DNA from: a virus
Taxonomy: Duplodnaviria; Caudoviricetes
Direction: 5' to 3' (one strand)
Length of the DNA stretch: 34,185 nucleotides
IMG/VR virus record: IMGVR_UViG_3300020556_000014
Coordinates: 1 to 34,185 of that record
Under the pieces are notes generated by a model. The model was not told where the DNA came from and searched no databases. It was given only the letters and a program-made list of their open reading frames with translations. Positions 28,008-34,185 of this stretch are shown here, piece after piece (position 1 is the first letter of the stretch; every line of letters begins with the position of its first letter). A program made the position numbers and the translations under genes.

Positions 28008-28304
28008 CTATTTGTCCGATTTGCGCGAATTGCACCTTCTGCATAAAACCTGAACATTCGACCACACAGACAAGCCGCCATCGGCAAGGGGGCGAATATG
28101 ATCAGCGGTTAAATCTTTTGTGCTTTTACAAATAGAACACCAAGGCTGAGCCTCTCGCGCTGCCTTAGATAACTTGCGCCACTCGGCATCGTAGCCACGA
28201 TCTAATCTTGATGGGCGCTTGCGCTCCCGCACCCTGGCACAAGTAACACATCGAGCAGCTCTAACAACAACACCGCAATCAACACAAGGTCTAGGTAGCA
28301 TCAT
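28008..28304 (-). CDS. terminase-associated HNH endonuclease
   Basis: RGYDAEW, CSIC, DHI.P...GG...N...LCRRCN. Confidence 0.92.
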   Translation of the reverse strand: MMLPRPCVDCGVVVRAARCVTCARVRERKRPSRLDRGYDAEWRKLSKAAREAQPWCSICKSTKDLTADHIRPLADGGLSVWSNVQVLCRRCNSRKSDK

Positions 28305-28665
28305 CTGTTCTTAGTAAATAGTTAACGGCTTCATTCAAACTGTTGATGTTGTCTTTGAAGTAACCAAGGCCAACATTACATCTAACGCATAACAACCCAC
28401 GCACTTGATCTGTTGCGTGGTTATGGTCAACTGCTAATCCGTTCTTGCTTTCCTCAGCATTGACACCACAGATAGCGCACGAATAGTTCTGCGCTTGGAG
28501 TAACGCTTCATAGCGTTCTTTCGGAATATCAGTAATGTTGCGATGCTTACTACGACAATCCCGGCAAACATCGTAACGACCATCAGGAGTGCGCTTATCA
28601 TTGTGGAAAGCATCTAAGCTCTTTTTCTCTTTACAATTGCGGCAACTCTTTGTTTTATTCGTCAT
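28291..28665 (-). CDS. endonuclease VII-like protein
   Basis: CRNC...CRDC, Q...CAIC, VDHNH....RGLLC..CN..LG.FKDN. Confidence 0.88.
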   Translation of the reverse strand: MTNKTKSCRNCKEKKSLDAFHNDKRTPDGRYDVCRDCRSKHRNITDIPKERYEALLQAQNYSCAICGVNAEESKNGLAVDHNHATDQVRGLLCVRCNVGLGYFKDNINSLNEAVNYLLRTDDAT

Positions 28666-28834
28666 CCCGATCAAAGTCACCAATAGGTTCAGGCATTGAG
28701 GAATAGAGTGCGTAAGCGTTAAGAGATGATGTTGAAGCGCGTGATAACAATGTTTCAATAGCATCAAATGAGATTGCTTGGTCAGTGCTTACTTCAGTGC
28801 ATACATCACCGATTGAAACGCTAATCATTATCAT
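28655..28834 (-). CDS. hypothetical protein (59 aa)
   Basis: Manual translation MIMISVSIGDVCTEVSTDQAISFDAIETLLSRA...; ATGA coupling. Confidence 0.6.
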   Translation of the reverse strand: MIMISVSIGDVCTEVSTDQAISFDAIETLLSRASTSSLNAYALYSSMPEPIGDFDRDDE

Positions 28835-28980
28835 TTGCTTAACTCCAATCGGCTATCAAGTAAATCATCAATAAACTTATTCACAAGATGTTTCTTGCTA
28901 TCAATTGTTGTTTTGCGTGAGGCAATGGCGTGAGCTAAGGCTTCATCAATCTCTTCAATAGTTTCGGTGTCGTTATCCAT
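28831..28980 (-). CDS. hypothetical protein (49 aa)
   Basis: MDNDTETIEEIDEALAHA...IDDLLDSRLEL; SD AGGA. Confidence 0.65.
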   Translation of the reverse strand: MDNDTETIEEIDEALAHAIASRKTTIDSKKHLVNKFIDDLLDSRLELSK

Positions 28981-28996
28981 ATCATTCCTGTAAATG

Positions 28997-29027
28997 AAAA
29001 AACCTCACCTGTTGGATAACGGTGAGG
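28997..29027 (-). terminator. intrinsic terminator in the late-operon leader
   Basis: CCTCACC/GGTGAGG stem followed by TTTTTT on the minus strand. Confidence 0.7.
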
Positions 29028-29051
29028 GTAGTGATTAGATAGCGATTCCTG

Positions 29052-29091
29052 TTACACATAGTGTAAGGCATAAATTTGAACCAACTGTCAA
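29052..29091 (-). promoter_or_regulatory. putative late promoter with long spacer
   Basis: TTGACA (29091-29086), 20-nt spacer, TACACT; inverted repeat TTACAC-TAT-GTGTAA over the -10. Confidence 0.55.
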
Positions 29092-29093
29092 GT

Positions 29094-29855
29094 TTAGTTG
29101 GTTTTATCTCTCATCTTGATAATTGCTGCTAAGTCAAACAACTTACCCTTTTGCGGTATCTGATTGCCCTTAACGATCTTATACACCGCCCGTTGCGTGA
29201 TGCCAAGCCATAGGGCAATTGCCTCAATGTCTAAATAGAACCGCCGATTGGGATTGCTCATCGCAAGGGCAATCAATCTGATAACACTCCAAGAGTTCTT
29301 ACAACCGTGACAGGTAACGCCTTTCTCTAAGTTCTCAACATCAATCACCACGAACTTTCGGCAATCATCAGTTGGACAAGGGATACGCCTTGGTTGTTCC
29401 TTAAATTGTTGTGCCGCTGCCATTCCCTTTGAATGTAGCTCTTTAACTTCATCGGCAAAATCTTTAGCCCAATCCTGATTGACAATCCAATCAAGGTGGG
29501 CAATATGGAATTGGCAGGTTGCCTCAACCTCTTTGGCAGTTGTTGATTCCTTGACCATCAGCGCCGGTGGTGTGAGTCTGCGCTCTGCCCTGATGATCTG
29601 CTCCCAACCGTGAAGGATGGCTATAAGTTCAGTTGCCATTGAGAAATCCAAGGCGTTCACATTGATTCCAATTGAACGCTCTGTTGATGGTGAGCCTGAC
29701 CCTGATCGCCCTGGTGTTAGGTATTCACTAGCCTTGATTTGGAGTTCAGGCAACTCAATCAATTGACTCTGTAAGTTAAATCGGCAGGTGAAGCAGGCAC
29801 CCTCATTGCGAGATGGTCGAAGGCAGATGTTGCAGGTTAGTTGCTCGGTTTCCAC
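29094..29855 (-). CDS. putative late transcription regulator (Zn fingers plus C-terminal HTH)
   Basis: CxxC..CxxC N-terminus, CP...C/CxxC, and IEAIALWLGITQRAVYKIV HTH; last gene before the packaging block. Confidence 0.65.
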   Translation of the reverse strand: METEQLTCNICLRPSRNEGACFTCRFNLQSQLIELPELQIKASEYLTPGRSGSGSPSTERSIGINVNALDFSMATELIAILHGWEQIIRAERRLTPPALMVKESTTAKEVEATCQFHIAHLDWIVNQDWAKDFADEVKELHSKGMAAAQQFKEQPRRIPCPTDDCRKFVVIDVENLEKGVTCHGCKNSWSVIRLIALAMSNPNRRFYLDIEAIALWLGITQRAVYKIVKGNQIPQKGKLFDLAAIIKMRDKTN

Positions 29856-30205
29856 TAGAACGGTATCCCATCGGTTGAAGTAGCTGATTTGGGTGGGAAT
29901 CCACCATTGCCAAAGTAATCGGGCATCTCTTGGGCAAATAGCCCGAAGTCACGGCATTGATGCTGGCCAAGCACAATTGGACTCTTTGCCCACATCCTTG
30001 CCCCGACCCTTGGCGTTGCCTCAAAGGTTCGCCCTAATCGGTGGATTTGGTAGGTTCGCAACCCGCCAACCTTGGCTGTAATCTCTGCCAAAAGGTTGAG
30101 TGGGGTCGGGTCAAGTTTGGTTGGCACCCCTGTTGAGCTGTATCCAAACCAAATGAGGTTCCCGCAGTTTCGGCAATCAATGGCTTGGAATAAATACTGG
30201 CTCAT
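29855..30205 (-). CDS. hypothetical protein with CxxC...HxC
   Basis: ORF track; ends with DGIPF. Confidence 0.7.
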   Translation of the reverse strand: MSQYLFQAIDCRNCGNLIWFGYSSTGVPTKLDPTPLNLLAEITAKVGGLRTYQIHRLGRTFEATPRVGARMWAKSPIVLGQHQCRDFGLFAQEMPDYFGNGGFPPKSATSTDGIPF

Positions 30206-30231
30206 AGTTCCAATACCGTCATTCTTATTAT

Positions 30232-30286
30232 GCCACCCTTATATAGGGTGGCCTTAATAAGGTAAAAAGTTACCTTAATAAGGTAA
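30232..30286. repeat. AT-rich palindrome cluster, candidate replication origin
   Basis: GCCACCCT-TATAT-AGGGTGGC; CCTTAATAAGGTAA twice (30252-30265, 30273-30286). Confidence 0.6.
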
Positions 30287-30311
30287 TTTTTTATGGTACT
30301 AGAATTCACGC

Positions 30312-32432
30312 TCAATTTGCCACCGACCCTTGCTCCCAATTACCGAAATGATCTGCTGGATACCAGACAGTTGTTCGCCCCATTTCGGATGTTTTGACCT
30401 TGTGATGCCTTAAAGCTGCATCTCGACCAGCCTTCAAACCCTTATCGTCATAACGCTTTCCAAGAATATCTGAGAGCTGTGAGGTGGATAAGCCAGGGTT
30501 GGCAGCAACCACATCAATCCACATATCTTCAAGGCCACGCTTTTTTGCCATTCTTGAATCAACACCGCCCAAGGTCAGCGAACGGGTGGTTTCGTCAAAG
30601 GTGAGCATTTGTTCCTCTTGAAGCACATCTCGCCCATCGGCTGAGAAAAATCTGCCGTCTTGAGTCTTTTTCAGTAGCCAACGCACATCGGCCCAATCGT
30701 CAAGGCGAGTGGCACCGCGAGCGCGGTCAACGCCATTCTCTTGAGCGCGGCCTGTGTGAATAGGTAGAACAAGGTTCGAAACGCCTGCTCTTTCTTTAAT
30801 CACATCCAAAGTATCTAAGAACACGCCAACATCGCTGTTTGAGTTCTCATCACCGCAACCCGTAAAGGCGCGGGCGAACGGGTCTAAAATCCAAGTCTGA
30901 GCATCTAAATCTTTTAGGATAGAAACGGTCAAATCCTCAACCCGCGCAACCGTTAGCGGCAGCCTCTTGCCTCTTAGGTGAACCAAGGTAATCTTGTCAG
31001 AACTCTCAATTGCCACATCATTCATCCACCGGCGGTATTGATTTTCAGAAACTTCATAGTTAAAAATTACAATTCTGCCCTTATGGTCAGGTTGGTCAAA
31101 GTAATTCAGAAACTTCTCGCCATCAGCTAATGATTTGGCTAGTGAGTTGATTAGGGTGGTCTTACCCGCCTTGTATTGGGCTGTAAGGGTCACATTCGCC
31201 CCCGTTGGGAATACATCCTTGATTGTCCACTTAACTTCCTCAATTGGCAGTTTAAGCTCATCTGTGAGGCTGCGAACATAGATTGGCGTGTGGTAATTAC
31301 TTGCCGCTTCCTCGGCATCAAGTAACTTTTTGGCGGTGCGCTTTGCGCGGCTCATTTTGATCTCTTGAGCCGTTAGGTAGTCAATCTCGGTTGAGTCGGT
31401 GGCAGGTACGCCATCCGTTGCGATGATCTCGCCCGTTGTCGGGTTGTATTCGTAATTTGCTATTTCATCCCTGCCCACGCCAAAGCCTAAAAAGCGCAGG
31501 GCTTGGGCAGCGGCCTTGAAATCATCGTGATGATTTAGGTGGGCGTAGGTGGCAAACTTTGAATAGCCTTTTTCGCTTTGAAATGTGGTTGAGGTTGAGA
31601 ATACAAAGAATGTGTCATAGCCGCCGTAGTTAGTAGATGCGCTGATTCCTTCATCTTTATTCGGTCTGCGCCAATAGGTAACTTGGGCTTGGGTGTAAAC
31701 CTTTTTCCAACCCAACGGCTCAAGTATTTCTTCCCAAGTCATTCTTTGGTTGTAATCATCGCCTGGCAGCGCAGGATTGAATTCCCGCTTTGTCAACTCT
31801 TGTTTAGTTATCTCAGACTTAGGCATCTCATCAAAGGTTTTTAAGATTGTAAACAATTCCCACAATTCCTTTTCGGTAATCGTTGGGATGTTCTCAATTG
31901 ACCCTGCAATCATTGTCCAAGATTTGCCGTTGGGGTGGGCAGTGCCGCCTGAAGGTGCGCAGATGCTAAAACCACCAGCCCCGCGAGTTTCGATTAGGCA
32001 GCCGCCATCCTCGCCCGCTTTAGAGGCAAGTTTGGTGTTGCCCTCAATTGGTGCGCCATCAATCTTAACTAGAAAGTGAATTCCCCCCGATGGTGTCATT
32101 TCTGAATAGCCATTGGTCAGGGTTTCCCATAGGTATTCAAGCCCTGATGCCTTCATTGCCTCTTTCGCGGCAAGGTGAAGTTTCTGCTCAATGGCGCGGC
32201 CTTCCCATTCAATCATCAATAGATTGTTTGAAATCGGCCCTGTTATGACACCAAGCCCCTGCACTTGGTCATTGTTAAACCAATTAAGCAGCTCATCTTG
32301 CGTGGGTTGGCGTTCTTGGTATTGCTTCCAAGAGCCAACGCCAGGGCGCTTGCTGCCATCGGTTGCAACAGGCACCACAACAATCCCTTGGGCGGCAAAG
32401 CGAAGGGCGGTGGTTAGGATTTCGTTAGTCAT
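30312..32432 (-). CDS. bifunctional primase-polymerase fused to RecA-like (AAA_25-type) helicase
   Basis: SKRP...WK.YQ, TPSGGIH, ETRG.GG...APS; Walker A AQYKAGKTT, ILDP, HTGR...RGATRL.DWAD. Confidence 0.92.
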   Translation of the reverse strand: MTNEILTTALRFAAQGIVVVPVATDGSKRPGVGSWKQYQERQPTQDELLNWFNNDQVQGLGVITGPISNNLLMIEWEGRAIEQKLHLAAKEAMKASGLEYLWETLTNGYSEMTPSGGIHFLVKIDGAPIEGNTKLASKAGEDGGCLIETRGAGGFSICAPSGGTAHPNGKSWTMIAGSIENIPTITEKELWELFTILKTFDEMPKSEITKQELTKREFNPALPGDDYNQRMTWEEILEPLGWKKVYTQAQVTYWRRPNKDEGISASTNYGGYDTFFVFSTSTTFQSEKGYSKFATYAHLNHHDDFKAAAQALRFLGFGVGRDEIANYEYNPTTGEIIATDGVPATDSTEIDYLTAQEIKMSRAKRTAKKLLDAEEAASNYHTPIYVRSLTDELKLPIEEVKWTIKDVFPTGANVTLTAQYKAGKTTLINSLAKSLADGEKFLNYFDQPDHKGRIVIFNYEVSENQYRRWMNDVAIESSDKITLVHLRGKRLPLTVARVEDLTVSILKDLDAQTWILDPFARAFTGCGDENSNSDVGVFLDTLDVIKERAGVSNLVLPIHTGRAQENGVDRARGATRLDDWADVRWLLKKTQDGRFFSADGRDVLQEEQMLTFDETTRSLTLGGVDSRMAKKRGLEDMWIDVVAANPGLSTSQLSDILGKRYDDKGLKAGRDAALRHHKVKTSEMGRTTVWYPADHFGNWEQGSVAN

Positions 32433-33138
32433 TGTTTGCCTCTTTTGGATAAGGCAAAACCTGGTAACGCAATTTTTCTAATAATTCCAATTTTCGTTTC
32501 CCCCTGGCGTTAAAATAAATGTAACGGTGCTTTCTTGAGCGTTCCTTGAAGTAAACATTATCTTTGCCAAATTTCTCAACTACTTGTTTATTGGTTAAAC
32601 CGTTGGCATAAGTTGCGTGGTGCTGATTCTCTAAACCTTTGACTTTTGGGTCAAGAAACTTGGCGCTTAACCCCGTGTAAATGAAATTAGTTGCCTGGTA
32701 AACAACTCCAATATGAGCTTGAGAGCTGTCAGCGTAAGAAACAATGATTTCCCTATCTAATCGCTTGATTGTTCTGCCAATTAGGTAACTTTCACCGTTT
32801 TTCGGAATTGAGTCATCAACCCACAAGCGATTTAGTTCATAGACATTAAACTTTTCGCTTTCCCCGCAAATACCTTTTAGTAATGTTGAACTTGGGCTTA
32901 CGCCATAAGTTACAACGCCAACTGGCATCAAACTTGAATAGTTAAACAACCCAAAAGCAAAACTAACAGGGCATTTTCGGTGCAGATAATGTTTTTCAAC
33001 AACAATATCCATTGCCAAGCTGTAAGAAATTGGCTCAATCCAATAATTTTGGAGCGATGAGGTCGGAATTGAACCGCCAATTGCAGGTTGGAATACCTGC
33101 CGTGTTTCCATTACACCATCACCGCAAGTTGCCAACAT
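32425..33138 (-). CDS. mom: Mom-family (GNAT-fold) adenine DNA-modification enzyme
   Basis: HYLHR..P.SFAFGL, GVVTYG, ELNRLW...PKNGES..I, IVSYAD....H.G.VYQATNF.YTG, KHRY. ATG 33138 follows the upstream stop and AAAGGGA. Confidence 0.82.
   Translation of the reverse strand: MLATCGDGVMETRQVFQPAIGGSIPTSSLQNYWIEPISYSLAMDIVVEKHYLHRKCPVSFAFGLFNYSSLMPVGVVTYGVSPSSTLLKGICGESEKFNVYELNRLWVDDSIPKNGESYLIGRTIKRLDREIIVSYADSSQAHIGVVYQATNFIYTGLSAKFLDPKVKGLENQHHATYANGLTNKQVVEKFGKDNVYFKERSRKHRYIYFNARGKRKLELLEKLRYQVLPYPKEANND
33050..33125 (-). tRNA. tRNA-Gly(TCC)-like element, non-canonical, inside the mom CDS
   Basis: GCGGTGA TG GTGT AATGGAA ACAC G GCAGG TATTCCAA CCTGC AATT GGCGG TTCAATT CCG(A)CC TCATCGC T CCA: four stems, U73 discriminator, encoded CCA. 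Confidence 0.85.
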
Positions 33139-33145
33139 TATCCCT

Positions 33146-33283
33146 TTACCATTCCAACGCCATCCAAAAGATGCCGAAGTCAATTGATAGTGTCCACTTA
33201 TCAATCACAATTCCCAACCCAAAACCTTTGCGCGTTCCAAATGACATATACAAACCATCTTTGATTCTGATTTCTTTCACCAT
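33146..33283 (-). CDS. hypothetical protein (45 aa, aromatic-rich)
   Basis: MVKEIRIKDGLYMSFGTRKGFGLGIVIDKWTLSIDFGIFWMALEW; TAATG coupling. Confidence 0.65.
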   Translation of the reverse strand: MVKEIRIKDGLYMSFGTRKGFGLGIVIDKWTLSIDFGIFWMALEW

Positions 33284-33453
33284 TAGTCTTTACCCCAACC
33301 CGTTCCCTTAAAATGAACGGCAGGTGCCGCCCAAACCCGTTCCATTGCTATCTCGCAATTGCTGCATCCATATAGAATCTCAGCTTCATCCACTTTGCGA
33401 AAGATTGGCATTACCACTTCGCACTTTGGGCATTTGTAATCAATGATTGGCAA
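33283..33453 (-). CDS. FmdB-family zinc-ribbon protein (56 aa)
   Basis: MPIIDYKCPKC...CSNC...MERV.AAPAVHFKGTGW. Confidence 0.85.
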   Translation of the reverse strand: MPIIDYKCPKCEVVMPIFRKVDEAEILYGCSNCEIAMERVWAAPAVHFKGTGWGKD

Positions 33454-33580
33454 GGTAGCCTTCTTTCCTTAATATCGCAGCAATCACCTTCGCCATTCGC
33501 CAAGGCGTATCAGGCAAAGATTCTTCATAAGATTTCCAAAGCGCAAAGGCGATGGCACCCTCAAGGCTATCGCGGCTCAA
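33440..33580 (-). CDS. hypothetical protein (46 aa)
   Basis: TTG start overlapping the MTase end; MSRDSLEGAIAFALWKSYEESLPDTPWRMAK...; fills the gap. Confidence 0.45.
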   Translation of the reverse strand: MSRDSLEGAIAFALWKSYEESLPDTPWRMAKVIAAILRKEGYLANH

Positions 33581-34178
33581 AGTCTAACTCGCCTTCTTTA
33601 TCTCTTAGGGCAAATTCAATCCGCGCCTTAGCAATTGGCAAGTATTCAGGCGTTAGCTCAATTCCAATAAAGTTAAATCCTTCATACATCGCAGCTTTAC
33701 CTGTTGAGCCTGAACCAAGGAACGGGTCAAGCACAATGCCGTTTGGCGGTGTTACAAGCCGCACTAGGTATTGCATCAGCGATGTTGGTTTGACGGTTGG
33801 GTGAGTATTTGCCCGCGCCGCTTTTACTGCACCATAAGCTGCGGCTGCTTTTTTCAATCTTTGAGAATCTTCATCTTCTCCATAATTGTCTAAAGATCTA
33901 CCGCCACCGCCTTGAGTTTCTTTAACCTCAAACCCATCCAACCCCTCATTGCGATCTTTCTTGCTTGCCTTCGCGCAGTAAAAGAATCGGGCAGGTTCGC
34001 CAAGTAAGTCAGCAACCTCATCGCTGCCATCGTGAATGAAGTTGGCAGGGAAGCGGCCAGCGGTGTTCTGTTCCCATCCACCTGAACCGTCACCGCCACT
34101 TGCGGTGTCTTGCGTTCCAAATGTTGCTGTTCTATTTCCAGCCGATGAATCATCGCCATCAGCTCTACCAACCCGCGA
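33567..34178 (-). CDS. DNA methyltransferase, C-terminal part (whole protein about 398 aa with 1..585)
   Basis: GRFPANFIHDGS, RFFYCAKAS, HPTVKP, SAM-binding DPFLGSGST; in frame with 1..585 after removing the 7-nt overlap. Confidence 0.93.
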   Translation of the reverse strand, partial: SRVGRADGDDSSAGNRTATFGTQDTASGGDGSGGWEQNTAGRFPANFIHDGSDEVADLLGEPARFFYCAKASKKDRNEGLDGFEVKETQGGGGRSLDNYGEDEDSQRLKKAAAAYGAVKAARANTHPTVKPTSLMQYLVRLVTPPNGIVLDPFLGSGSTGKAAMYEGFNFIGIELTPEYLPIAKARIEFALRDKEGELDFEPR

Positions 34179-34185
34179 CCCGTCA
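34179..34185. repeat. 7-nt terminal overlap with positions 1-7
   Basis: CCCGTCA at both ends. Confidence 0.85.

Noticed and set aside
27892-28065. N-terminal extension of the PD-(D/E)xK ORF
   Set aside because: Overlaps the HNH gene and the likely cos gap; ATG 27891 has its own SD.
33050-33125. Ordinary translational tRNA-Gly gene, or an attP remnant
   Set aside because: It has an 8-nt anticodon loop and T-stem bulge, lies in frame in a CDS, is full length rather than a 3' fragment, and no integrase is present.
33139-33204. Longer N-terminus of the Mom ORF given in the ORF track
   Set aside because: Overlaps the coupled 45-aa ORF 33146..33283; ATG 33138 follows that stop and an SD-like sequence.
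33890-34171. 93-aa minus-strand ORF
   Set aside because: Out-of-frame shadow within the methyltransferase gene.
34179-34185. Biological terminal repeat or att core
   Set aside because: It falls mid-gene, far from the terminase region; most simply a residual assembly overlap.

Overview
This window is an essentially complete, circularly permuted ~34.2 kb siphovirus-type phage genome. The last 7 nt (CCCGTCA) repeat the first 7, and a DNA methyltransferase ORF reads in frame across the join. The host is probably an Actinobacterium (WhiB gene; moderate GC fits freshwater acI-like hosts, by inference). Nearly all genes are on the minus strand: replication and recombination (Prim-Pol/helicase, Cas4-like exonuclease, SSB, resolvase), DNA modification (beta-class MTase, Mom-like enzyme), a putative late activator, HNH/TerS/TerL, HK97 head, tail with two paralogous tube genes, lysis, a collagen-like fibre with duplicated receptor-binding cassettes, and glycosyltransferases. 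A short plus-strand operon ends in a ribbon-helix-helix protein. No integrase, DNA polymerase or reverse transcriptase was recognised. The standout signal is a complete 76-nt tRNA-Gly-like cloverleaf (33050-33125, minus) written in frame inside the 5' coding sequence of the Mom-family adenine-modification gene. It has Gly identity elements and an encoded CCA, but a non-canonical 8-nt anticodon loop and a bulged T-stem. This suggests an enzyme whose mRNA carries its own glycine-donor or regulatory tRNA. A second, degenerate tRNA-like fold precedes the methyltransferase. All family calls come from motif recognition by eye, not database searches.
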